The position numbers and the translations under genes were made by a program. From a candidate division WOR-3 bacterium (GTDB lineage Bacteria; Hydrothermota; UBA3072; B12-G15), in contig CBFGJG010000003.1 of NCBI GenBank assembly GCA_965649055.1, positions 1-64,000 on the forward strand: 64,000 bases of DNA. The letters run 5' to 3'. Every line of letters starts with the position of its first letter. The stretch's first letter is position 1. Shown in pieces: positions 18,899 to 28,500 of this stretch. The notes below the pieces were generated by a model. It ran no database searches, was not told the origin of the DNA, and saw nothing but the letters and a program-made list of their open reading frames with translations.

Positions 18899-20016
18899 AG
18901 AAATGGTTTATTGTGATAATAGTTGTTGTGGTAATAGGTCTTATAATATTTTTTAATGTGAGGGGGACAAACAAGGTTCAGGTAGAGACAGAGGTTGTTA
19001 AGAAAGGTGATGTTTCAAAGATAGTTTCATCAACAGGGAAGATTACTGCGGCTGAAGAGGTGAACATAAGTTCGGACATTATGGGAAAAGTTATAAAATT
19101 GTATGTTAAAGAGGGTGAGAATGTAAAAGCAGGGCAGGTCCTTGCAAAACTTGATGATACGGATGCAAAGGCAAGCTATGATAAGGCAGTAAGTTATTAT
19201 GAATCACAGAAGACAAACTATAGTTTAAAAAAATCAGATTTTGAGAGGAAAAAGGTTTTATATGAGAAGAATCTTATATCAAAAAAAGAATACGAGGATG
19301 CTGAATCTTCACTTTTAATGGCAGAAAATACATTAAAACAGGCAGAGGCAGATGTTATTTCAAGCAAGAACAGGCTTGACAAATGCACGATTATTTCACC
19401 AATAGATGCGATTGTAACAAAGATAAAGGTGAAGGAAGGTGAAAATGTGATAACAGGGACAATGAATAATCCAGGAACGGTTCTCTTTGTCCTATCAAAT
19501 GTTAATGATATAGACCTTGTCGCAGATGTTAATGAGAGTGAGGTCCCAATTGTGAGTATAGGGGATTCTGTAATGATAGATGTAGATGCATTCCCGAATA
19601 AGAAGTTTTCAGGTTATGTGTATGATATATCGAAGTATCCTACAACATCATCAACGGGTGTTGTAACATATCCTGTAAAGATAAGGATTATAGATAAAGA
19701 TATAAAATTTTATCCAGGTATGACAGGTAATTGCGAGATTATAGTGGATAAAAAGAAAGATGTTATTAATATACCATTAAGGGGAATGATAAAGAAAAAA
19801 GGAAGTGGTGTTTTCTTATACAAAAATGGAATAGCAAAATTTAAAGAGATAAAGATAGGACTAATGGGTGATTTGAATGTTGAGGTAGTTGAAGGTTTAA
19901 ATGAAGGAGATACAATAATAACAGGGCCTTTTAAAATACTGAAGGAGTTAAAAGATGGACAGAGGGTTTTTACAGGAAATAGTTCGCTCCGCCATAATTT
20001 CAATAAAGGCGAATAA
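18895..20016 (+). CDS. Efflux periplasmic adaptor (MacA-like)
   Basis: VKEGENVKAGQVLAKLD, ISPIDAIV, VNESEV, PGMTG. Confidence 0.9.
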   Translation: MKKWFIVIIVVVVIGLIIFFNVRGTNKVQVETEVVKKGDVSKIVSSTGKITAAEEVNISSDIMGKVIKLYVKEGENVKAGQVLAKLDDTDAKASYDKAVSYYESQKTNYSLKKSDFERKKVLYEKNLISKKEYEDAESSLLMAENTLKQAEADVISSKNRLDKCTIISPIDAIVTKIKVKEGENVITGTMNNPGTVLFVLSNVNDIDLVADVNESEVPIVSIGDSVMIDVDAFPNKKFSGYVYDISKYPTTSSTGVVTYPVKIRIIDKDIKFYPGMTGNCEIIVDKKKDVINIPLRGMIKKKGSGVFLYKNGIAKFKEIKIGLMGDLNVEVVEGLNEGDTIITGPFKILKELKDGQRVFTGNSSLRHNFNKGE

Positions 20017-21187
20017 GTTAAGATCCATTCTTACAACACTCGGAATAATTATTGGTGTTACAACCGTTATCGCGGTGGTTTCTACGATACAGGGTATTCA
20101 AAAGAAAGTTTCAAGCACTTTTTCATCCCTGGGTGCAGATGTGATATATATACAAAAATTTCCCTGGGTGATGGGAGGACCTCAAACAAGACCTGGTGGA
20201 TGGAGGAGATACTGGTCAAGAAAGGATATAACACTTGGTGAATATAATTATTTAAAAACCCACGCAAGTTCAATAGAATTCATAACACCTTCTATAAACT
20301 ACAGGACAACATTAAAAAATAAAGATAAAACAGTTGAAGATGCCGAGATTGTTGGAACAGGTAGTGAACTTCCAAAGATAAATCAACAGGATGTTGAGTT
20401 TGGAAGATTCTTTACTGATGACGATGTCCTTTTTAGAAGGGCTGTTTGTGTTGTTGGAAAAGACATTGTTAAAAATCTTTTTCCGAATGAAGAAGTCCTT
20501 GGTAATACATTAATTATTAATGGATTGAGATGTCTAATTATAGGAGTGCTTGAAGAAAAAGGTAATGTTATGGGAAGGAGTATGGATAATGTTGTGGTAA
20601 TTCCTTACACAACATTCCAGAAAATATTCGGTTTTAATAGAAGTTTCAGTATTCTTATACTTGCAAAGGATAAGGAAAATGCTATTGAAGAGGTAAGGTT
20701 TCTTTTAAGAAACTACAGGCATGTGAAAGAAGGTCAGGAAGACGACTTTGCAATAAATACATCTGACGCATTGATAAAAGGATGGAATGAACTAACAAGG
20801 ACTATTTTTCTTGTTATGATAGGTATTGCATCTGTAGCGCTTATTGTTGGTGGTATAGGAATTATGAACATTATGCTTGTTTCTGTTACGGAAAGGACAA
20901 GGGAGATCGGTATAAGAAAGGCAATAGGTGCTAAGAAAAACGAAATACTCTTGCAATTCCTGACAGAAGCAGTGATCATATCACTTATAGGTGGCATTCT
21001 CGGAATAGTTGTAGGGATATTGGTATTTTCAGCTGTTAGTGGGATTGCAAAACTTCCATTTTCTATCCCATTCTGGATTGTGATATTAGGTTTTGCCTTC
21101 TCTTCTATAGTTGGAATATTCTTTGGTTTTTATCCTGCAAAGGTTGCATCCGAACTTAATCCTGTGGAGGCTTTGAGATATGAATAA
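19955..21187 (+). CDS. MacB-like ABC permease
   Basis: NKLRSILTTLGIIIG, GGIGIMNIMLVSVTERTREIGIRKAIGA, PVEALRYE. Confidence 0.93.
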   Translation: MDRGFLQEIVRSAIISIKANKLRSILTTLGIIIGVTTVIAVVSTIQGIQKKVSSTFSSLGADVIYIQKFPWVMGGPQTRPGGWRRYWSRKDITLGEYNYLKTHASSIEFITPSINYRTTLKNKDKTVEDAEIVGTGSELPKINQQDVEFGRFFTDDDVLFRRAVCVVGKDIVKNLFPNEEVLGNTLIINGLRCLIIGVLEEKGNVMGRSMDNVVVIPYTTFQKIFGFNRSFSILILAKDKENAIEEVRFLLRNYRHVKEGQEDDFAINTSDALIKGWNELTRTIFLVMIGIASVALIVGGIGIMNIMLVSVTERTREIGIRKAIGAKKNEILLQFLTEAVIISLIGGILGIVVGILVFSAVSGIAKLPFSIPFWIVILGFAFSSIVGIFFGFYPAKVASELNPVEALRYE

Positions 21188-21875
21188 GAATATAATATCA
21201 CTCAAAAATATAAAGAAATTCTATGAAATGGGAGAAGTAGAATATCCTGCTGTTCGTGGAGTTGATCTTGAAGTAAAGAAAGGAGAATTTCTTTGCATAA
21301 TGGGACCTTCTGGTTCAGGTAAATCAACATTATTACATATTATAGGTTGTCTTGATACACCAACTGAAGGTGAATACATACTTGAGCAAGAAAGGGTTTC
21401 TGAACTTGATGAGAATAGACTAGCAGAGATAAGGAAGAAAAAGATAGGTTTTGTATTCCAGAACTTTTATCTTCTTCCAAGGTCAACTGTTGAATACAAT
21501 GTAACTTTACCTATGATTTATAACAGAATTCCACCTAAAGAGAGGGTGGAAAGGGCGAGGGAACTTTTAAAGAGCGTTGGTCTTGGTGAGAGGATAAATT
21601 ATCTTCCAAACAAGCTCTCAGGCGGTGAAAGACAGAGGGTAGCAATAGCAAGGGCACTTGCTAATACACCTGAAATAATACTCGCTGATGAACCTACCGG
21701 AAATCTTGATTCAAAGTCAGGTGAAGAGATAATGAATATATTCACAAAATTACATAAAGAGGGAAAAACTATAATCCTTGTAACACATGAAAGAGATATA
21801 GCAATGTATTCAGAGAGGATTGTTCACATAAAAGATGGTGTAATTGATTTTGAAGAGAAATTGAAAAGAAAATAA
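21180..21875 (+). CDS. ABC transporter ATP-binding protein (MacB/LolD-like)
   Basis: GPSGSGKST, LSGGERQRVAIARAL, ADEPTGNLD. Confidence 0.95.
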   Translation: MNKNIISLKNIKKFYEMGEVEYPAVRGVDLEVKKGEFLCIMGPSGSGKSTLLHIIGCLDTPTEGEYILEQERVSELDENRLAEIRKKKIGFVFQNFYLLPRSTVEYNVTLPMIYNRIPPKERVERARELLKSVGLGERINYLPNKLSGGERQRVAIARALANTPEIILADEPTGNLDSKSGEEIMNIFTKLHKEGKTIILVTHERDIAMYSERIVHIKDGVIDFEEKLKRK

Positions 21876-21881
21876 ATTTAA

Positions 21882-21909
21882 TTGATTATTCCTTTTTTTA
21901 ATATAAAAT
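21882..21909 (+). promoter_or_regulatory. Putative leaderless promoter TTGATT-16-TAAAAT, 6 nt before ATG 21916
   Basis: Boxes at 21882-21887 and 21904-21909; no SD. Confidence 0.55.
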
Positions 21910-21915
21910 CATTAT

Positions 21916-23028
21916 ATGCAAAAGAAGAAAATCCTTATTATAAACTGGCAGGATATAAAAAACCCATTATCAGGTGGGGCAGAGGTTCATCTTTTTGAAA
22001 TATTTAGAAGACTCACTGAATATTATGAAATTCATCTCTTGTGTGACCATTTTAATAACACAGAAAAAGAAGAGATTCTTGATGGAATTCATATTCACAG
22101 GATAGGTAAAAGAAATACATTTAATTTCTATGTCCCTTATGCGTATAAAGAACTTGACAGAAGATATAATTTTGACCTTGTAATAGAGGACTTAAACAAG
22201 ATCCCTTTCTATGGTTCATTATATATCCCTAAAAAGAGGATAGCAATACTGCATCATTTCTTTGGTAATGTAATTTTCCAGGAAACAAACTTTTTATTCG
22301 GTTCTTATGTTTATATAAATGAAAGGATGGTTCCGCGTTTATATAAAGACATTGATTTTATTTGTGTTTCAGAAGGGACTAAAAAAGAACTTGTAAAATA
22401 TGGAATTCAAAAAGAAAGAGTAAGGGTGATATATAATGGGGTTAATCTTTCAAAATTCAGGACCTTTAAAAAATCCGATTTTCCACTGTTCACTGCTGTT
22501 GGCAGGATAAAAAGATATAAAAGGTTTGATTTATTAATAAATGCAGTCGAATTAGCATATAGAGAAGGTGCATTTTTTAGATTGGTTATTATAGGTGATG
22601 GAGATGATAAAGAAAGATTAAAAAAAATCACTGAAAAAAAAGGTCTGAAAGACAGGATAACATTTACAGGTTATCTGATTGAAGATGAAAAGATTAAAAT
22701 TGTTGGTTCATCCTGGGCACATATAAATACATCACCTAAAGAGGGATGGGGTTTGACAAGTATAGAGGCACAGGCATCCGGAACATTATCAATTGTGCCG
22801 GATAGTCCTGGATTGAATGAGACTGTTATAGATGAAAAAACAGGTTTCATATATGAATTCGGTGATGTAAATGAATTAAAGGAAATATTAATCCGAATAT
22901 CAAATGAAAAAAATCTGGCTGAAAATATGGGGAAGAATGCAAGGCATTTTGCTTCAAATTTTAGTTGGGACAGGTCAGCTAAACAGATGAAGAAATTTAT
23001 AGATGAGAAAATTTCTCGTTCTTTCTAA
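21916..23028 (+). CDS. Glycosyltransferase family 4
   Basis: GGAEVH, VGRIKRYKR, EGWGLTSIEAQASG, FSWD. Confidence 0.92.
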   Translation: MQKKKILIINWQDIKNPLSGGAEVHLFEIFRRLTEYYEIHLLCDHFNNTEKEEILDGIHIHRIGKRNTFNFYVPYAYKELDRRYNFDLVIEDLNKIPFYGSLYIPKKRIAILHHFFGNVIFQETNFLFGSYVYINERMVPRLYKDIDFICVSEGTKKELVKYGIQKERVRVIYNGVNLSKFRTFKKSDFPLFTAVGRIKRYKRFDLLINAVELAYREGAFFRLVIIGDGDDKERLKKITEKKGLKDRITFTGYLIEDEKIKIVGSSWAHINTSPKEGWGLTSIEAQASGTLSIVPDSPGLNETVIDEKTGFIYEFGDVNELKEILIRISNEKNLAENMGKNARHFASNFSWDRSAKQMKKFIDEKISRSF

Positions 23029-24022
23029 AGATTATATTCATGGTCCTAATGGGATGAGGGCAAGATATCTTTTTGATGATAAAAATTTTTTTATTTTATA
23101 CAGGAAAAATAGATTTATAACTTATTTAAGGTTCTTATATATAATTTTGTCTTCAAGGCCTTTTGTATACTTTGTAGGTTTTGAGACATTATCACTTTTT
23201 ATACTTTATTTATTAGGGTATAAAAAATTTATTATTGATACAGGGGATAATGAATGTGAATTATCAAAAAGTTACAGAAAAAGATTTCTTTCCAATCTTA
23301 TATGTATAATAGAAAGATGGGCTATCAAAAATTCTCTTATTTTAATTGTGAGGACAGAAACGTATAAAGAAATCCTTGAGAAAAGGAGAAAAGACGTGTA
23401 TTTAATAAGAGATTGTATAGATGTGGATTCTTTGAAAGAATATAAAAGAATACCTGATGTTTTAACAATAGGTATGATTGGGAATTTAAATATTGATAAA
23501 AGAACAGGAAATATCAACGGCAGGGAAATAATAGAAGTTGTTGAAATTTTAAATAGGGAAGGTTATAATGTAAAGGGGTTTATTTTCGGGAAGGGAAAGG
23601 CATTCCCGTATCTAAAAAAAATTGCCTGTAATAAAAATGTTGAAATTATTGAAGATTGGGTTTCTATTGAAAATATCGGAGAAATAATGGAAAAAATCTC
23701 AATAGGTATAAATATTCAAACAAATGATTTGGTAGGGAATATAAGGTTAGGTGCAAAAGTTTTAGTTTATCTTGCGACTTCAAGGTATATTCTTTCAACA
23801 AAAATAGGGGATTGTCCAAGAATTTTACCATCTGAGTATCTGATTGATTATAAAGGTGTATATGACCCTGATTTTACTTTTAGGCTTGCCAGAGAGTTAA
23901 AAAAGATTATTAGAGAACCGGAAAGATTAAAAATAAGGTTTTCAGGACCCGAAATAGCCTTAAGATACTTTGATTGCAAAATTCTAAGGAAAGAATTATA
24001 TAAGATACTTGAATCACTTTAA
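23003..24022 (+). CDS. Putative GT-B glycosyltransferase (divergent)
   Basis: IGMIGNL, AKVLVYLATSRYILSTKIGD resemble the GT4 C-terminal domain; follows a GT4 gene. Confidence 0.6.
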   Translation: MRKFLVLSKDYIHGPNGMRARYLFDDKNFFILYRKNRFITYLRFLYIILSSRPFVYFVGFETLSLFILYLLGYKKFIIDTGDNECELSKSYRKRFLSNLICIIERWAIKNSLILIVRTETYKEILEKRRKDVYLIRDCIDVDSLKEYKRIPDVLTIGMIGNLNIDKRTGNINGREIIEVVEILNREGYNVKGFIFGKGKAFPYLKKIACNKNVEIIEDWVSIENIGEIMEKISIGINIQTNDLVGNIRLGAKVLVYLATSRYILSTKIGDCPRILPSEYLIDYKGVYDPDFTFRLARELKKIIREPERLKIRFSGPEIALRYFDCKILRKELYKILESL

Positions 24023-24924
24023 TCTTCTAAATTTCTCAATAAGAGTTCAAACGATCTGGAAAGAAATATATCTTCAGGTATTTCTATTACATAACCTTCA
24101 TTTTCCTTTTTTAAAATAATCTCTTTTTTCTGGAACAATGTATAGTCCTTAAAAAGAACTATAAGATGAATATCTGGTTCCTCGTTTATTATCTTCAAAA
24201 TCTTTACGATAGAATTTCCATCCTGTAAATCTTTATTTAATAATTTCAGGATCCTATCCTTTGAAGAATTTATCTTTATCTTATTTTCGAACTTGAGTTC
24301 TTTTATTTTTCTTTCACAAAAAGGATGCATAACCTTTTGGAACAAAATATAATAAATCTCTTTTCCCAGATTTTTCCATTTTTTGCAATATTTTGTTTCA
24401 ATAATATTTTCAAGGTTGGATTGATATCCATTTTCAAATATTGGCCTTAAAACCTTGTAATGCAACATTTCTTCAAGTATAAAATCCCTGTAAAATGAAT
24501 GGTCTGTAAGTATGTGTATATACCCTTTGTCTTTTAATCTTGATGTCGCAAGTAGACTGAATTCCTTATCAAGAAGCCTTCTTTTCTCGTGCCTATTTTT
24601 GGGCCACGGGTCAGGAAAATTAATGTATATATTTTCAATCGAAGATTCTGGTATTAATAATTCAAATGCTGTGCTTGCATCAAGTAATACAAGATTGACA
24701 TTATTTATTTTATTCATCTTTATCTTTCTTAAAGTCTTTCTTAAACAAACCTTTGAATATTCAATACCAATAAAATTTCTGTTTTTTTCATTAAGCGCCT
24801 TCTTGACAATAAAATCACCTTCACCAAAACCTATTTCACAATCAACAGGATTATTATTATTGAAAATCTTCTGTAGATTAAGTGGTTTTTCTAATCTATA
24901 CCAGTCTAATATATTTTCCATCAT
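24019..24924 (-). CDS. trmB: tRNA (guanine-N7)-methyltransferase TrmB with C-terminal extension
   Basis: EIGFGEG, NFIGIE, NFPDPWPKNRHEKRRL, TDH, TKY; true start probably ATG 24924/24921 because the listed TTG is the TTGACA box. Confidence 0.92.
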   Translation of the reverse strand: MMENILDWYRLEKPLNLQKIFNNNNPVDCEIGFGEGDFIVKKALNEKNRNFIGIEYSKVCLRKTLRKIKMNKINNVNLVLLDASTAFELLIPESSIENIYINFPDPWPKNRHEKRRLLDKEFSLLATSRLKDKGYIHILTDHSFYRDFILEEMLHYKVLRPIFENGYQSNLENIIETKYCKKWKNLGKEIYYILFQKVMHPFCERKIKELKFENKIKINSSKDRILKLLNKDLQDGNSIVKILKIINEEPDIHLIVLFKDYTLFQKKEIILKKENEGYVIEIPEDIFLSRSFELLLRNLED

Positions 24925-24985
24925 TATAATAATTATAAAAAATCTGCTGATTGTCAAGTGAGGGATTTATTTTCTTGATAATAAT

Positions 24986-25002
24986 TGCAACATTCTGTTG
25001 CA
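24986..25002. promoter_or_regulatory. Perfect palindrome TGCAACA-N3-TGTTGCA, candidate transcription-factor site
   Basis: 7-bp inverted repeat in the divergent intergenic region; resembles the NtrC box TGCACCA-N3-TGGTGCA. Confidence 0.55.
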
Positions 25003-25124
25003 TTTTTCAAATACTATAAATCCTTCTTTAATATTAATATTTTGAAAATGAATAGAATAAAATTTATAAAAACGGGAATGTAATTTTTTTATTTATTAAT
25101 AGAATCCCAAAAAAGGGAGGAGGT

Positions 25125-25352
25125 ATGGAGTGTGAATTGTGCGGTTGCTGTTCTTTTTGTAAAAAAAATATTACAGATCTTGGAGGAACTCTAAAATATG
25201 TAAGGTCTAAGTATTGTAAGAAAAACGCAGAGGATTGTGCAAGATTCATTGTTTATAAGGCTCTTGGAAGGGATAGGGTTCCTGATGATTTATTCCCGGG
25301 TGAAAAAGAAAGAGCTTTTAAGATAATAGAGAGGTTTAAAGAGAATAGATAG
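25125..25352 (+). CDS. Small Cys-rich hypothetical protein
   Basis: GGAGGAGG SD; CELCGCCSFC..YC..CARF..VPDDLFP. Confidence 0.75.
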   Translation: MECELCGCCSFCKKNITDLGGTLKYVRSKYCKKNAEDCARFIVYKALGRDRVPDDLFPGEKERAFKIIERFKENR

Positions 25353-25354
25353 AA

Positions 25355-25824
25355 CTATTCAATATACCCTAAATTCATAATGAAGTTAAAACCGAAATAG
25401 GGAAATTCTGGATTTAGATTTAATTCAATTTCCGGTCCTATACCTATATAATAAAAATTGAACGAGAAAGAAGCTATCAAAGGAAAACCTATTAAGAAGC
25501 TTCTTCTTCGTTAGTTATCTGATTGAAAATCGGGATTATATTAAGACCAAAAAGAATCGAGCTCATAAAATGTTTACTTTTCTGTGCATAACCTTTTAAA
25601 AATGATAAGGAGAAAATTTTTATATCAATCGAAAAATCATAAGGAATTAAAACAGATGTTAGTTCCATTGCAAGCAAACCATTCCTGTCAAGATATGATA
25701 GTCCAATAGATATAGATGGGAGAACATAAGATTTATTGTATAATCTTATTCCACCTAATTTCCCCTGTGACCATAAAAAGTAGTCATTATTATTTTCTTG
25801 TAAAGCAAACAGAATTAATATCAT
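25355..25824 (-). pseudogene. Frameshifted putative outer-membrane beta-barrel gene
   Basis: ORF stops at 25492; a shifted frame continues FLIGFPLIASFSFNFYYIGIGPEIELNLNPEFPYFGFNFIMNLGYIE* to TAG at 25355. Confidence 0.6.
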
Positions 25825-26901
25825 TTATACCTCTATAATCTCGTATTTTCTTTCTCCAAGTCCTATCTTTTCAGCGTATTCAATCTGATAGGTTGAATTT
25901 ATTTCTGGATATATTATTGAAAATTTATCCTGATTTTCATCTATTTTTCTCCCAAAGAAAGAAGAAACACCTGCAGATGATTTCACAAGGTCAAAAGAAC
26001 ACTGGTCAATAGAAACAGGGTCATCAGAGATAAGTATACCTATATCAGGGACCATATAACCTTTTGAATGTGGATAACAATCACATTCAGGTGTTATATC
26101 CATCAGGATATTCACATAAACAACCTTTTTATTTATAATTGCACCTAGTGCATATTCAACCATCTTCTCCATAAACTCAATTGAGTGTGCATCCCAGCTT
26201 ATTCCGATTGCATGAAAATGACAGAATACGATACATTCACCGCAACCAATACATTTCTTTTTATCTATAATTGCTATTTTATTTATAATCTCTATTGCTT
26301 TAGCAGGGCATATTAATTCACATTTTCTACATCCAGTGCATTTTTCTTTCCTTATTACAGGAATATTTCCAGAATGCATTGAAAGTTTTCCCTCCTTTGT
26401 TGAACATCCCATCCCGAGATTCTTTATAGCACCACCGAATCCAGAAAGTTCATGACCTTTGAAATGCGATAGACACAGAATCTTATCAGCATAGAAAATA
26501 CCTTCTGCAATCTTCACTTTCTTATAATGTTTCTTTTTTATCTCAACCTCAACCCCTGAATTACCTGAAAGACCGTCAGCAATGATTATGGGAGCAAAAT
26601 CAAAACCATTCCATCTTGCAGTATTAAGATAATCTATTGCTGTTCCCCTTGAGCCTTTATAAAGGGTTGTAGTATCGGTTAGAAAAGGGTTTGTATTAAG
26701 GTTAACAAGTATCTCGTAAATCTTCCTTGCATAGATTGGTCTTACAAATGCAGTATTATCCTTCTCACCCATATGTAGTTTTATGGCAACAGAATCGTTC
26801 TGATCAAAGAATCTGTAATATCCACCTCTTTTAAAAATATCTTCAATCTTTTTTAAGATACTTTTTTCAGATTTTACAGGTATGAAATATACTTTGCTCA
26901 T
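25825..26901 (-). CDS. DUF362-domain protein with 2x[4Fe-4S] ferredoxin insert
   Basis: VAIKLHMGE, SHFKGH..GGAIKNLGMG, CTGCRKCELICP, CIGCGEC, ECDC, DPVSID. Confidence 0.88.
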   Translation of the reverse strand: MSKVYFIPVKSEKSILKKIEDIFKRGGYYRFFDQNDSVAIKLHMGEKDNTAFVRPIYARKIYEILVNLNTNPFLTDTTTLYKGSRGTAIDYLNTARWNGFDFAPIIIADGLSGNSGVEVEIKKKHYKKVKIAEGIFYADKILCLSHFKGHELSGFGGAIKNLGMGCSTKEGKLSMHSGNIPVIRKEKCTGCRKCELICPAKAIEIINKIAIIDKKKCIGCGECIVFCHFHAIGISWDAHSIEFMEKMVEYALGAIINKKVVYVNILMDITPECDCYPHSKGYMVPDIGILISDDPVSIDQCSFDLVKSSAGVSSFFGRKIDENQDKFSIIYPEINSTYQIEYAEKIGLGERKYEIIEV

Positions 26902-27143
26902 TCTATCCCCAGTATTTTTTTTATTCTTGGTTCGAGGTAAACATTCTTATCAATTTTTTCCCTCAAAATCTGAATCAATAGTTTTTTTTTGAATGAATCT
27001 GAAAGGTTCTTGTTTATAACAATGTATTTCTTCCTGTATATCCTGCATGCACCACCTGAAGATAGTATTCTATCAACATAGACTTTAAAACCCAGCTTCT
27101 CTGCTATATCAATTAAAAATTTAAGGTCTTCATTTTTTTTCAT
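26898..27143 (-). CDS. Small hypothetical protein
   Basis: Overlaps both neighbours in an operon; GGACRI..IVINKNL motif. Confidence 0.65.
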   Translation of the reverse strand: MKKNEDLKFLIDIAEKLGFKVYVDRILSSGGACRIYRKKYIVINKNLSDSFKKKLLIQILREKIDKNVYLEPRIKKILGIE

Positions 27144-28479
27144 TTATAAATCCCATTACTAAATCTCTTATCTCGTTAAGTCTTTTTTCATCCTTTGCCT
27201 CAAACCTTGCGACTATTACGGGTTGGGTGTTTGAAGCACGTACAAGTCCCCAACCATCACCAAAAAGAATCCTTGCGCCATCAATACCAATAATATCATA
27301 TTTCCCTTTGAAATGTTTAATTACGTCCTCCACAATCTTCCATTTTTTATCTTCGGTTGTATCTATTCTTATTTCAGGAGTTGTATAATAATAGGGGATT
27401 TCTTTTATCATCGCGGATATATTTTTTTCAGAATTTGAAACAATATCATAAAGCCTTAATGAGGAAAATATAGCATCATCGTATCCATAGTAGTCACCAC
27501 CGAAGAATATATGCCCGCTCATTTCACCTGCTAATGGTGAATTCAATTCCTTCATCTTTGCTTTAATCAATGAATGTCCAGTCTTCCACATAAACGGTCT
27601 TCCACCTATTTTTTCTATGAATTCAGAAGCACCCTGCGAAGACTTAACATCAAATATTATGTAAGAATTGGGGTATTTCTTCAAAACATATTTAGAAAAT
27701 ATACAGAGAAGTTTGTCTCCCCAAACAATATTTCCTTTATCGTCGATAACACCTATCCTGTCCGCATCTCCGTCATATCCAATACCAAAATCAGCATTAT
27801 TTTCAAGAACCTTCTTTTTCAAAGATTGCATATATTCTGGGATTGTCGGGTCAGGAAGATGATTTGGAAAATCTCCATCAGGTTCGCAGAAAATACATTC
27901 AAAATCAGCACCAATTGAATTGAATAACCTTGAAGCTATCTCACCAGCAGTTCCATTACCAGGATCTATAACTATCTTAAGTTTTTTATTTGGATATGTG
28001 ATTGAAAGTGTTTTCTCAACATAATCATCTTTAACATCTTTCTTTAGAATCTTACCTTTCCCTTTCATAAAATCATTCTTTAATATAATATTCTTTATTT
28101 CCTGTATAGATTCTCCGAAAAGTGTCTCTTCTCCAATCATCATCTTTAAACCATTGTATTCCTTCGGATTGTGGCTTCCTGTTACCATAACACCGCCATC
28201 AAAACCATAATGAAAAACTGTAAAATATAGAAGTGGTGTTGGACACATACCAATATCAATAACATCTATCCCTGTTGAAATGATTCCTTTGCAAAGTGCC
28301 TCTTTAATCCTTGGAGATGTCTTTCTTGCATCAAATCCAACTGCTACTTCATTCCCAATCCTTTTTCTTCTTAACATTGAACCGTATGCCTTACCTATAA
28401 GTTCGACGATATCATCAGTTAATTCCTCATCTGCTATTCCTCTTATATCGTACATCCTGAAAATTTCTTCATTCATCAT
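27130..28479 (-). CDS. Phosphomannomutase/phosphoglucomutase (AlgC-like)
   Basis: FRMYDIRG, TGSHNP, DGDADR, GEMSGH, RASNT; start probably ATG 28479 after GGAGG. Confidence 0.93.
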   Translation of the reverse strand: MMNEEIFRMYDIRGIADEELTDDIVELIGKAYGSMLRRKRIGNEVAVGFDARKTSPRIKEALCKGIISTGIDVIDIGMCPTPLLYFTVFHYGFDGGVMVTGSHNPKEYNGLKMMIGEETLFGESIQEIKNIILKNDFMKGKGKILKKDVKDDYVEKTLSITYPNKKLKIVIDPGNGTAGEIASRLFNSIGADFECIFCEPDGDFPNHLPDPTIPEYMQSLKKKVLENNADFGIGYDGDADRIGVIDDKGNIVWGDKLLCIFSKYVLKKYPNSYIIFDVKSSQGASEFIEKIGGRPFMWKTGHSLIKAKMKELNSPLAGEMSGHIFFGGDYYGYDDAIFSSLRLYDIVSNSEKNISAMIKEIPYYYTTPEIRIDTTEDKKWKIVEDVIKHFKGKYDIIGIDGARILFGDGWGLVRASNTQPVIVARFEAKDEKRLNEIRDLVMGFINEKK

Positions 28480-28500
28480 TACCTCCATATTTAATTTTTT

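Noticed and set aside
24925..24957. Listed TTG start and hydrophobic N-terminus of trmB
   Set aside because: The TTG is part of a TTGACA box and the extension is AT-rich promoter DNA; the downstream ATG is more plausible
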